Shown piece by piece: positions 39,273 to 51,200 of a DNA stretch of 64,000 bases (the first letter of the stretch is position 1; each line of letters starts with the position of its first letter). Position numbers and translations under genes: made by a program. Under the pieces are notes generated by a model. It made no database searches and was not told the DNA's origin. It saw only the letters and a list, made by a program, of their open reading frames with translations. Source of the DNA: Eledone cirrhosa (taxonomy: Eukaryota); NCBI GenBank assembly GCA_964016885.1, contig OZ024744.1:130634001-130698000 (forward strand), read 5' to 3'.

Positions 39273-39447
39273 AACCCCAACTTAACTTAACCCCAACTTC
39301 ACTCAACCCCAACGTAACTCAACCCCAACTTAACTTAACCCCAACTTCACTCAACCCCAACTTAACTTAACCCCAACTTCACTCAACCCCAACTTCCAAC
39401 TTGACTTAACCCCAACTTAACTTAGCCCCAACTTAACTTAAGCCCAA
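39273..39447 (-). repeat. Inverted satellite block, copy 3
   Basis: Same junctions and internal variants as copy 1. Confidence 0.97.
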
Positions 39448-40361
39448 AGTCGGGGTTAAGTTAAGTTGGCGTTAAGTTAAGTTGGCGTTAAGTTAAGTTA
39501 GGCTTAACTTAAGTTGGGGTTCAGTTAAGTTGGGGGTAAGTTAAGTTGGGGTTAAGTTAAGTTAGGGTTAAGTTAAGTTGGGGTTGAGTTAAGTTGGGGT
39601 TAATTAAGTGGTGGTTATCTTAAGTTGGGGTTAAGTTAAGTTGGGGTTAATTTAAATTGGGGTTAAGTTAACTTTGTGGTTAAGTTAAGTTGGGGTTAAG
39701 TTAAGTTGGGGTAAAGTTGGGGTTGAGTTAAGTTGGGGTTGAGTGAAGTTGGGGTTAAGTTAAGTTGGGGTTAAGTTAAGTTGGGGTTAAGATAAGTCGG
39801 GGTTAAGTTAAGTTGTGGTTGAGTTAAGTTGGGGTTAATTTAAGTTGGGGCTAAGTTAATTTGTGGTTAAGTTAAGTTGGGGTTAAGTTAAGTTGGGGTT
39901 AAGTTAAGTTGGGGTTGAGTTAAGTTGGGGCTGAGTTAATTTGGGTTTAAGTTAAGTTGGGGTTAAGTTAAGTTGGGTTTAAGTTAAGTTGGGGTTAAAT
40001 TAAGTTGGGGTTAAATTAAGTTGGGGTTAAGTTAAGTTGGGGGTAAGTTAAGTTGGGGGCAAGTTAAGTTGGGGTTAATTTAAGTTGGGGTTAAATTAAG
40101 TTGGGGTTACGTTAAGTTGGTGTTAAGTTAAGCTGGGGTTAAGTTAAGTTGGGTTTAATTTAAGTTGGGGTTAATTTAAGTTGGGGTTAAGTTAAGTTGG
40201 GGTTAAGTTAAGTCGGGGTTAAGTTAAGTTGGGGTTAAGTTAAGTTGGGGTTAAGTTAAGTTGAGGTTAAGTTAAGTTGGTTAGTTAAGTTGAGTTTAAG
40301 TTAAGTTGGGGTTAATTTAAGTTGGGGTTAAGTTAAGTTGGGGTTAAGTTAAGTTGGGGTT

Positions 40362-40536
40362 AACCCCAACTTAACTTAACCCCAACTTCACTCAACCCCA
40401 ACGTAACTCAACCCCAACTTAACTTAACCCCAACTTCACTCAACCCCAACTTAACTTAACCCCAACTTCACTCAACCCCAACTTCCAACTTGACTTAACC
40501 CCAACTTAACTTAGCCCCAACTTAACTTAAGCCCAA
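40362..40536 (-). repeat. Inverted satellite block, copy 4
   Basis: Same junctions and internal variants; 1,089 bp after copy 3. Confidence 0.97.
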
Positions 40537-43500
40537 AGTCGGGGTTAAGTTAAGTTGGCGTTAAGTTAAGTTGGCGTTAAGTTAAGTTAGGCTTAACTTA
40601 AGTTGGGGTTCAGTTAAGTTGGGGGTAAGTTAAGTTGGGGTTAAGTTAAGTTAGGGTTAAGTTAAGTTGGGGTTGAGTTAAGTTGGGGTTAATTAAGTGG
40701 TGGTTATCTTAAGTTGGGGTTAAGTTAAGTTGGGGTTAATTTAAATTGGGGTTAAGTTAACTTTGTGGTTAAGTTAAGTTGGGGTTAAGTTAAGTTGGGG
40801 TAAAGTTGGGGTTGAGTTAAGTTGGGGTTGAGTGAAGTTGGGGTTAAGTTAAGTTGGGGTTAAGTTAAGTTGGGGTTAAGATAAGTCGGGGTTAAGTTAA
40901 GTTGTGGTTGAGTTAAGTTGGGGTTAATTTAAGTTGGGGCTAAGTTAATTTGTGGTTAAGTTAAGTTGGGGTTAAGTTAAGTTGGGGTTAAGTTAAGTTG
41001 GGGTTGAGTTAAGTTGGGGCTGAGTTAATTTGGGTTTAAGTTAAGTTGGGGTTAAGTTAAGTTGGGTTTAAGTTAAGTTGGTTAGTTAAGTTGAGTTTAA
41101 GTTAAGTTGGGGTTAAGTTAAGTTGGGGTTAAGTTAAGTTGGGGTTAAGTTAAGTCGGGGTTAAGTTAAGTTATGGTTCAGTTAAGTTGGGGTTAAGTTA
41201 AGTTGGGGTTGAGTTAAGTTGGGGTTGAGTTAAATTGGGGTTGAGTTAAGTTGGGGTTGAGTTAAGTTGGTGTTGAGTTAAGTTGGGGTTAAGTTAAGTT
41301 GGGGTTAAATTAAGTTGGGGTTAAATTAAGTTGGGGTTAAGTTAAGTTGGGGGTAAGTTAAGTTGGGGGCAAGTTAAGTTGGGGTTAATTTAAGTTGGGG
41401 TTAAATTAAGTTGGGGTTACGTTAAGTTGGTGTTAAGTTAAGTTGGGGTTAATTTAAGTTGGGGTTAATTAATGTTGGGGTTAAGTTAAGTTGGGGTTAA
41501 GTTAAGTTGGGGTTAAGTTAAGTTGAGGTTAAGTTAAGTTGGGGTTAAGTTAAGTTGGTGTTAAGTTAAGTTGGGGCTAAGTTAAGTTGGGGCTGAGTTA
41601 AGTTGGGGCTGAGTTAAGTTGGGGCTAAGTTAAGTTGGGGTTGAGTTAAGTTGGGGTTAAGTTGGGGTTAAGTTAAGTTAGGTTTAAGTTAAGTTGGGTT
41701 TAAGTTAAGTTGGGGTTAAGTTAAGTTGGGGTTAAGTTAAGTTGGGGTTAAGTTAAGTTGGGGTTAAGTTAAGTTGGGGTTAAGTTAAGTTGGGGTTAAG
41801 TTAAGTTGGGGTTAAGTTAAGTCGGGGTTAAGTTAAGTTGGGGTTAAGTTAAGTTGGGGTTAAGTTAAGTTTGGGTTAAGTTAAGTTGGGGTTAAGTTAA
41901 GTCGGGGTTAAGTTAAGTTGGGGTTAAGTTAAGTTGGGGTTAATTTAAGTTGGGGTTAAGTTAAGTTGGGGATAAGTTAAGTTGGGGTTAAGTTAAGTTG
42001 GGGTTGAGTTAAGTTGGGGCTGAGTTAATTTGGGTTTAAGTTAAGTTGGGGTTAAGTTAAGTTGGGTTTAAGTTAAGTTGGGGTTAAATTAAGTTGGGGT
42101 TAAATTAAGTTGGGGTTAAGTTAAGTTGGGGGTAAGTTAAGTTGGGGGCAAGTTAAGTTGGGGTTAATTTAAGTTGGGGTTAAATTAAGTTGGGGTTACG
42201 TTAAGTTGGTGTTAAGTTAAGTTGGGGTTAATTTAAGTTGGGGTTAATTAAGTTGGGGTTAAGTTAAGTTGGGGTTAAGTTAAGTTGGGGTTAATTTAAG
42301 TTGGGGTTGAGTTAAGTTGGGGTTAAGTTAAGTTGGGGTTATATTAAGTTGGGGTTAAGTTAAGTTGGGGTTCAGTTAAGTTGGGGTTAAGTTAAGTTGA
42401 GGTTAAGTTAAGTTGGGGTTAAGTTAAGTTGGTGTTAAGTTAAGTTGGGGCTAAGTTAAGTTGGGGCTGAGTTAAGTTGGGGCTGAGTTAAGTTGGGGCT
42501 AAGTTAAGTTGGGGTTAAGTTGGGGTTAAGTTAAGTTAGGTTTAAGTTAAGTTGGGGTTAAGTTAAGTTGGGGTTAAGTTAAGTTGGGGTTAAGTTAAGT
42601 TGGGGTTAAGTTAAGTTGGGGTTAAGTTAAGTTGGGGTTAAGTTAAGTTGGGGTTAAGTTAATTTGTGGTTAAGTTAAGTTGTGGTTAAGTTAAGTTGGT
42701 TAGTTAAGTTGAGTTTAAGTTAAGTTGGAGTTAAGTTAAGTTGGGGTTAAGTTAAGTTGGGGTTAAGTTAAGTCGGGGTTAAGTTAAGTTATGGTTCAGT
42801 TAAGTTGGGGTTAAGTTAAGTTGGGGTTGAGTTAAGTTGGGGTTGAGTTAAATTGGGGTTGAGTTAAGTTGGGGTTGAGTTAAGTTGGTGTTGAGTTAAG
42901 TTGGGGTTAAGTTAAGTTGGGGTTAAATTAAGTTGGGGTTAAATTAAGTTGGGGTTAAGTTAAGTTGGGGGTAAGTTAAGTTGGGGGCAAGTTAAGTTGG
43001 GGTTAATTTAAGTTGGGGTTAAATTAAGTTGGGGTTACGTTAAGTTGGTGTTAAGTTAAGTTGGGGTTAATTTAAGTTGGGGTTAATTAATGTTGGGGTT
43101 AAGTTAAGTTGGGGTTAAGTTAAGTTGGGGTTAAGTTAAGTTGAGGTTAAGTTAAGTTGGGGTTAAGTTAAGTTGGTGTTAAGTTAAGTTGGGGCTGAGT
43201 TAAGTTGGGGCTGAGTTAAGTTGGGGCTAAGTTAAGTTGGGGTTGAGTTAAGTTGGGGTTAAGTTGGGGTTAAGTTAAGTTAGGTTTAAGTTAAGTTGGG
43301 TTTAAGTTAAGTTGGGGTTAAGTTAAGTTGGGGTTAAGTTAAGTTGGGGTTAAGTTAAGTTGGGGTTAAGTTAAGTTGGGGTTAAGTTAAGTTGGGGTTA
43401 AGTTAAGTCGGGGTTAAGTTAAGTTGGGGTTAAGTTAAGTTGGGGTTAAGTTAAGTTGGGGTTAAGTTAAGTTGGGGTTAAGTTAAGTCGGGGTTAAGTT

Positions 43501-43954
43501 AAGTTGGGGTTAAGTTAAGTTGGGGTTAATTTAAGTTGGGGTTAAGTTAAGTTGGGGTTAAGTTAAGTTGGGGATAATTTAAGTTGGGGTTAAGTTAAGT
43601 TTGAGTTTAAGTTAAGTTGGGGTTAAGTTAAGTTGGGGTTAAGTTAAGTTGGGGTTAAGTTAAGTTGGTTAGTTAAGTTGAGTTTAAGTTAAGTTGGGGT
43701 TAATTTAAGTTGGGGTTAAGTTAAGCTGGGGTTAAGTTAAGTTGGGTTTAATTTAAGTTGGGGTTAATTTAAGTTGGGGTTAAGTTAAGTTGGGGTTAAG
43801 TTAAGTCGGGGTTAAGTTAAGTTGGGGTTAAGTTAAGTTGGGGTTAAGTTAAGTTGAGGTTAAGTTAAGTTGGTTAGTTAAGTTGAGTTTAAGTTAAGTT
43901 GGGGTTAATTTAAGTTGGGGTTAAGTTAAGTTGGGGTTAAGTTAAGTTGGGGTT

Positions 43955-44129
43955 AACCCCAACTTAACTTAACCCCAACTTCACTCAACCCCAACGTAAC
44001 TCAACCCCAACTTAACTTAACCCCAACTTCACTCAACCCCAACTTAACTTAACCCCAACTTCACTCAACCCCAACTTCCAACTTGACTTAACCCCAACTT
44101 AACTTAGCCCCAACTTAACTTAAGCCCAA
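43955..44129 (-). repeat. Inverted satellite block, copy 5
   Basis: Same junctions and internal variants; 4,682 bp after copy 3. Confidence 0.97.
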
Positions 44130-45043
44130 AGTCGGGGTTAAGTTAAGTTGGCGTTAAGTTAAGTTGGCGTTAAGTTAAGTTAGGCTTAACTTAAGTTGGG
44201 GTTCAGTTAAGTTGGGGGTAAGTTAAGTTGGGGTTAAGTTAAGTTAGGGTTAAGTTAAGTTGGGGTTGAGTTAAGTTGGGGTTAATTAAGTGGTGGTTAT
44301 CTTAAGTTGGGGTTAAGTTAAGTTGGGGTTAATTTAAATTGGGGTTAAGTTAACTTTGTGGTTAAGTTAAGTTGGGGTTAAGTTAAGTTGGGGTAAAGTT
44401 GGGGTTGAGTTAAGTTGGGGTTGAGTGAAGTTGGGGTTAAGTTAAGTTGGGGTTAAGTTAAGTTGGGGTTAAGATAAGTCGGGGTTAAGTTAAGTTGTGG
44501 TTGAGTTAAGTTGGGGTTAATTTAAGTTGGGGCTAAGTTAATTTGTGGTTAAGTTAAGTTGGGGTTAAGTTAAGTTGGGGTTAAGTTAAGTTGGGGTTGA
44601 GTTAAGTTGGGGCTGAGTTAATTTGGGTTTAAGTTAAGTTGGGGTTAAGTTAAGTTGGGTTTAAGTTAAGTTGGGGTTAAATTAAGTTGGGGTTAAATTA
44701 AGTTGGGGTTAAGTTAAGTTGGGGGTAAGTTAAGTTGGGGGCAAGTTAAGTTGGGGTTAATTTAAGTTGGGGTTAAATTAAGTTGGGGTTACGTTAAGTT
44801 GGTGTTAAGTTAAGCTGGGGTTAAGTTAAGTTGGGTTTAATTTAAGTTGGGGTTAATTTAAGTTGGGGTTAAGTTAAGTTGGGGTTAAGTTAAGTCGGGG
44901 TTAAGTTAAGTTGGGGTTAAGTTAAGTTGGGGTTAAGTTAAGTTGAGGTTAAGTTAAGTTGGTTAGTTAAGTTGAGTTTAAGTTAAGTTGGGGTTAATTT
45001 AAGTTGGGGTTAAGTTAAGTTGGGGTTAAGTTAAGTTGGGGTT

Positions 45044-45218
45044 AACCCCAACTTAACTTAACCCCAACTTCACTCAACCCCAACGTAACTCAACCCCAAC
45101 TTAACTTAACCCCAACTTCACTCAACCCCAACTTAACTTAACCCCAACTTCACTCAACCCCAACTTCCAACTTGACTTAACCCCAACTTAACTTAGCCCC
45201 AACTTAACTTAAGCCCAA
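45044..45218 (-). repeat. Inverted satellite block, copy 6
   Basis: Same junctions and internal variants; 1,089 bp after copy 5 and 4,682 bp after copy 4. Confidence 0.97.
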
Positions 45219-48200
45219 AGTCGGGGTTAAGTTAAGTTGGCGTTAAGTTAAGTTGGCGTTAAGTTAAGTTAGGCTTAACTTAAGTTGGGGTTCAGTTAAG
45301 TTGGGGGTAAGTTAAGTTGGGGTTAAGTTAAGTTAGGGTTAAGTTAAGTTGGGGTTGAGTTAAGTTGGGGTTAATTAAGTGGTGGTTATCTTAAGTTGGG
45401 GTTAAGTTAAGTTGGGGTTAATTTAAATTGGGGTTAAGTTAACTTTGTGGTTAAGTTAAGTTGGGGTTAAGTTAAGTTGGGGTAAAGTTGGGGTTGAGTT
45501 AAGTTGGGGTTGAGTGAAGTTGGGGTTAAGTTAAGTTGGGGTTAAGTTAAGTTGGGGTTAAGATAAGTCGGGGTTAAGTTAAGTTGTGGTTGAGTTAAGT
45601 TGGGGTTAATTTAAGTTGGGGCTAAGTTAATTTGTGGTTAAGTTAAGTTGGGGTTAAGTTAAGTTGGGGTTAAGTTAAGTTGGGGTTGAGTTAAGTTGGG
45701 GCTGAGTTAATTTGGGTTTAAGTTAAGTTGGGGTTAAGTTAAGTTGGGTTTAAGTTAAGTTGGGGTTAAATTAAGTTGGGGTTAAATTAAGTTGGGGTTA
45801 AGTTAAGTTGGGGGTAAGTTAAGTTGGGGGCAAGTTAAGTTGGGGTTAATTTAAGTTGGGGTTAAATTAAGTTGGGGTTACGTTAAGTTGGTGTTAAGTT
45901 AAGTTGGGGTTAATTTAAGTTGGGGTTAATTAAGTTGGGGTTAAGTTAAGTTGGGGTTAAGTTAAGTTGGGGTTAATTTAAGTTGGGGTTGAGTTAAGTT
46001 GGGGTTAAGTTAAGTTGGGGTTATATTAAGTTGGGGTTAAGTTAAGTTGGGGTTAAGTTAAGTTGGGGTTAAGTTAAGTTGGGGTTAAGTTAAGTTGAGG
46101 TTAAGTTAAGTTGGGGTTAAGTTAAGTTGGTGTTAAGTTAAGTTGGGGCTAAGTTAAGTTGGGGCTGAGTTAAGTTGGGGCTGAGTTAAGTTGGGGCTAA
46201 GTTAAGTTGGGGTTGAGTTAAGTTGGGGTTAAGTTGGGGTTAAGTTAAGTTAGGTTTAAGTTAAGTTGGGGTTAAGTTAAGTTGGGGTTAAGTTAAGTTG
46301 GGGTTAAGTTAAGTTGGGGTTAAGTTAATTTGTGGTAAAGTTAAGTTGTGGTTAAGTTAAGTTGGGGTTAAGTTAAGTTGGGGTTAAGTTAAGTCGGGGT
46401 TAAGTTAAGTTGGGGTTAAGTTAAGTTGGGGTTAATTTAAGTTGGGGTTAAGTTAAGTTGGGGTTAAGTTAAGTTGGGGTTAAGCTAAGTCGGGGTTAAG
46501 TTAAGTTGGGGTTAAGTTAAGTTGGGGTTAATTTAAGTTGGGGTTAAGTTAAGTTGGGGTTAAGTTAAGTTGGGGTTAAGTTAAGTTGGGGTTAAGTTAA
46601 GTTGGGGATAATTTAAGTTGGGGTTAAGTTAAGTTTGAGTTTAAGTTAAGTTGGGGTTAAGTTAAGTTGGGGTTAAGTTAAGTTGGGGTTAAGTTAAGTT
46701 GGTTAGTTAAGTTGAGTTTAAGTTAAGTTTGGGTTAATTTAAGTTGGGGTTAATTTAAGCTGGGGTTAAGTTAAGTTGGGGTTAAGTTAAGTTGGGGTTA
46801 ATTTAAGTTGGGGTTAAGTTAAGTTGCAGGTAATTTAAGTTGGGGTTAAGTTAAGTTGGGGTTAAGTTAAGTTGGGGTTAAGTTAAGTTGGGGTTAAGTT
46901 AATTGGGGTTAAGTTAAGTTGGGGCTAATTTAAGTTGGGGCTGAGTTAAGTTGGGGTTAAGTTAAGTTGGGGTTAAGTTAAGTTAGGGTTAAGTTAAGTT
47001 GGGGTTAAGTTAAGTTGGGGTTTATTTAAGTTGGGGTTAAGTTAAGTTGGGGTTCAGTTAAGTTGGGGTTCAGTTAAGTTGGGGTTAAGTTAAGTTGGGG
47101 TTAAGATGGGGTTAAATTACGTTGGAGTTAAGTTAAGTTGGGGTTAATTTAAGTTGGGGTTAAGTTGGGGTTAAGTTAAGTTAGGTTTAAGTTAAGTTGG
47201 GGTTAAGTTAAGTTGGGGTTAAGTTAAGTTGTGGTTAAGTTAAGTTGGGGTTAAGTTAAGTTGGGGTTAAGTTAAGTCGGGGTTAAGTTAAGTTGGGGTT
47301 AAGTTAAGTTGGGGTTAATTTAAGTTGGGGTTAAGTTAAGTTGGGGTTAAGTTAAGTTGGGGTTAAGTTAATTGGGGTTAAGTTAAGTTGGGGTTAAGTT
47401 AAGTTGAGGTTAAGTTAAGTTGGGGTTAAATTAAGTTTGGGTTAAGTTAAGTTGGGGTTAAGTTAAGTTGGGGTTAAGTTAAGTTGGGGTAAGTTAAGTT
47501 GGGGATAATTTAAGTTGGGGTTAAGTTAAGTTGGGTTTAAGTTAAGTTGGGGTTAAGTTAAGTTGGGGTTAAGTTAAGTTGGGGTTAAGTTAAGTTGGGG
47601 TTAAGTTAAGTTGGGGCTAAGTTAAGTTGGGGCTGAGTTAAGTTGGGGTTAAGTTAAGTTGGGGTTAAGTTAAGTTGGGGTTAAGTTAAGTTGGGGTTAA
47701 TTTAAGTTGGGGTTAAGTTAAGTTGGGGTTCAGTTAAGTTGGGGTTCAGTTAAGTTGGGGTTAAGTTAAGTTGGGGTTAAGATGGGGTTAAATTACGTTG
47801 GAGTTAAGTTAAGTTGGGGTTAAGTTAAGTTGGGGTTAAGTTAAGTTGGGGTTAAGTTAAGTCGGGGTTAATTTAAGTCGGGGTTAAGTTAAGTTAGGGT
47901 TCAGTTAAGTTGGGGTTAAGTTAAGTTGGGGTTGAGTTAAGTTGGGGTTGAGTTAAATTGGGGTTGAGTTAAGTTGGGGTTGAGTTAAGTTGGTGTTGAG
48001 TTAAGTTGGGGTTAAGTTAAATTGAGGTTAAGTTAAGTTGCAGTTAAGTTAAGTTGAGGTTAAGTTAAGGTGCGGTTAAGTTAAGTTGGGGTTAAGTTAA
48101 GTTGGGGTTAAGTTAAGTTGGGGTTAAGTTAAGTTGGGGTTAAGTTAAGTTGGGGTTAAGTTAATTTGTGGTTAAGTTAAGTTGTGGTTAAGTTAAGTTG

Positions 48201-51200
48201 GGGTTAAGTTAAGTTGGGGTTAAGTTAAGTCGGGGTTAAGTTAAGTTGGGGTTAAGTTAAGTTGGGGTTAATTTAAGTTGGGGATAATTTAAGTTGGGGT
48301 TAAGTTAAGTTGGGTTTAAGTTAAGTTGGGGTTAAGTTAAGTTGGGGATAAGTTAAGTTGGGGTTAAGTTAAGTTGGGGTTAAGTTAAGTTGGGGTTAAG
48401 TTAAGTTGGGGCTAAGTTATGTTGGGGCTGAGTTAAGTTGGGGTTAAGTTAAGTTGGGGTTAAGTTAAGTTGGGGTTAATTTAAGTTGGGGTTTATTTAA
48501 GTTGGGGTTAAGTTAAGTTGGGGTTCAGTTAAGTTGGGGTTAAGTTAAGTTGGGGTTAAGATGGGGTTAAATTAAGTTGGGGTTAAGTTAAGTTGGGGTT
48601 AAGTTAAGTTGGGGTTAAGTTAAGTCGGGGTTAAGTTAAGTCGGGGTTAAGTTAAGTTAGGGGTAAGTTAAGTTGGGGGCAAGTTAAGTTGGGGTTAATT
48701 TAAGTTGGGGTTAAATTAAGTTGGGGTTAAGTTAAGTTGGTGTTAAGTTAAGTTGGGGTTAATTTAAGTTGGGGTTAATTAAGTTGGGGTTAAGTTAAGT
48801 TGGGGTTAAGTTAAGTTGGGGTTAATTTAAGTTGGGGTTGAGTTAAGTTGGGGTTAAGTTAAGTTGGGGTTATATTAAGTTGGGGTTAAGTTAAGTTGGG
48901 GTTCAGTTAAGTTGGGGTTAAGTTAAGTTGGGGTTAAGTTAAGTTGAGGTTAACTTAAGTTGGGGTTAAGTTAAGTTGGTGTTAAGTTAAGTTGGGGCTA
49001 AGTTAAGTTGGGGCTGAGTTAAGTTGGGGCTGAGTTAAGTTGGGGCTAAGTTAAGTTGGGGTTGAGTTAAGTTGGGGTTAAGTTGGGGTTAAGTTAAGTT
49101 AGGTTTAAGTTAAGTTGGGGTTAAGTTAAGTTGGGGTTAAGTTAAGTTGGGGTTAAGTTAAGTTGGGGTTAAGTTAAGTTGGGGTTAAGTTAAGTTGGGG
49201 TTAAGTTAATCTGTGGTTAAGTTAAGTTGTGGTTAAGTTAAGTTGGGGTTAAGTTAAGTTGGGGTTAAGTTAAGTCGGGGTTAAGTTAAGTTGGGGTTAA
49301 GTTAAGTTGGGGTTAATTTAAGTTGGGGTTAAGTTAAGTTGGGGTTAAGTTAAGTTGGGGTTAAGTTAAGTCGGGGTTAAGTTAAGTTGGGGTTAAGTTA
49401 AGTTGGGGTTAAGTTAAGTTGGTTAGTTAAGTTGAGTTTAAGTTAAGTTGGGGTTAATTTAAGTTGGGGTTAAGTTAAGCTGGGGTTAAGTTAAGTTGGG
49501 GTTAAGTTAAGTTGGGGTTAATTTAAGTTGGGGTTAAGTTAAGTTGCGGGTAATTTAAGTTGGGGTTAAGTTAAGTTGGGGTTAAGTTAAGTTGGGGTTA
49601 AGTTAAGTTGGGGTTAAGTTAATTTGGGGTTAAGTTAAGTTGGGGCTAATTTAAGTTGGGGCTGAGTTAAGTTGGGGTTAAGTTAAGCTGGGGTTAAGTT
49701 AAGTTGGGGTTAAGTTAAGTTGGGGTTAAGTTAAGTTGGGGTTTATTTAAGTTGGGGTTAAGTTAAGTTGGGGTTCAGTTAAGTTGGGGTTCAGTTAAGT
49801 TTGGGTTAAGTTAAGTTGGGGTTAAGATGGGGTTAAATTACGTTGGAGTTAAGTTAAGTTGGGGTTAAGTTAAGTTGGGGTTAAGTTAAGTTGGGGTTAA
49901 GTTAAGTCGGGGTTAATTTAAGTCGGGGTTAAGTTAAGTTAGGGTTCAGTTAAGTTGGGGTTAAGTTAAGTTGGGGTTGAGTTAAGTTGGGGTTGAGTTA
50001 AATTGGGGTTGAGTTAAGTTGGGGTTGAGTTAAGTTGGTGTTGAGTTAAGTTGGGGTTAAGTTAAATTGGGGTTAAGTTAAGTTGCAGTTAAGTTAAGTT
50101 GAGGTTAAGTTAAGGTGCGGGTAAGTTAAGTTGGGCTTAAGTTAAGTTGGGGCTAAGTTAAGTTGGGGCTCAGTTAAGTTGGGGCTAAGTTAAGTTGGGG
50201 TTAAGTTAAGTTGGGGTTAAGTTAAGTCGGGGTTAAGTTAAGTTGGGGTTAATTTAAGTTGGGGTTAATTTAAGTTGGGGTTAAGTTAAGTTGGGGTTAA
50301 GTTAAGTTGGGGTTAAGTTAAGTTGGGTTTAAGTTAAGTTGGGGTTAAGTTAAATTGGGGTTGAGTTAAGTTGGGGCTGAGTTAATTTGGGGTTAAGTTA
50401 AGTTGGGGTTAAGTTAAGTTGGGTTTAAGTTAAGTTGGGGTTAAATTAAGTTGGGGTTAAATTAAGTTGGGGTTAAGTTAAGTTGGGGGTAAGTTAAGTT
50501 GGGGGCAAGTTAAGTTGGGGTTAATTTAAGTTGGGGTTAAATTAAGTTGGGGTTACGTTAAGTTGGTGTTAAGTTAAGTTGGGGTTAATTTAAGTTGGGG
50601 TTAATTAAGTTGGGGTTAAGTTAAGTTGGGGTTAAGTTAAGTTGGGGTTAATTTAAGTTGGGGTTAAGTTAAGTCGGGGTTAAGTTAAGTTGGGGTTAAG
50701 TTAAGTTGGGGTTAAGTTAAGTTGGTTAGTTAAGTTGAGTTTAAGTTAAGTTGGGGTTAATTTAAGTTGGGGTTAAGTTAAGCTGGGGTTAAGTTAAGTT
50801 GGGGTTAAGTTAAGTTGGGGTTAATTTAAGTTGGGGTTAAGTTAAGTTGCGGGTAATTTAAGTTGGGGTTAAGTTAAGTTGGGGTTAAGTTAAGTTGGGG
50901 TTAAGTTAAGTTGGGGTTAAGTTAATTTGGGGTTAAGTTAAGTTGGGGCTAATTTAAGTTGGGGCTGAGTTAAGTTGGGGTTAAGTTAAGCTGGGGTTAA
51001 GTTAAGTTGGGGTTAAGTTAAGTTGGGGTTAAGTTAAGTTGGGGTTTATTTAAGTTGGGGTTAAGTTAAGTTGGGGTTCAGTTAAGTTGGGGTTCAGTTA
51101 AGTTGGGGTTAAGTTAAGTTGGGGTTAAGATGGGGTTAAATTACGTTGGAGTTAAGTTAAGTTGGGGTTAAGTTAAGTTGGGGTTAAGTTAAGTTGGGGT

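Larger units (their letters stand above)
39035..41075 (+). repeat. Nested 1,089-bp tandem duplication containing the inverted block (repeated at about 43720-45900)
   Basis: AAGCTGGGG 39044/40133 and inversion starts 39273/40362 share offset 1089; flanking variants occur in the same order. Confidence 0.88.
36390..45750 (+). repeat. Higher-order tandem duplication, 4,682-bp unit (about 36390-41070 and 41070-45750), each unit carrying two inverted blocks
   Basis: Constant offset 4682 for TTATGGTTCAG (36491/41173, 38109/42791), TTAATTAATG (36791/41473, 38409/43091) and inversion starts (39273/43955, 40362/45044). Confidence 0.9.

Noticed and set aside
7638-45218. Inversions as random read fold-back (chimera) artefacts
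   Set aside because: Six copies share junctions, return to the original strand after 175 bp, and carry variants not mirrored upstream. Copy number still needs read validation.
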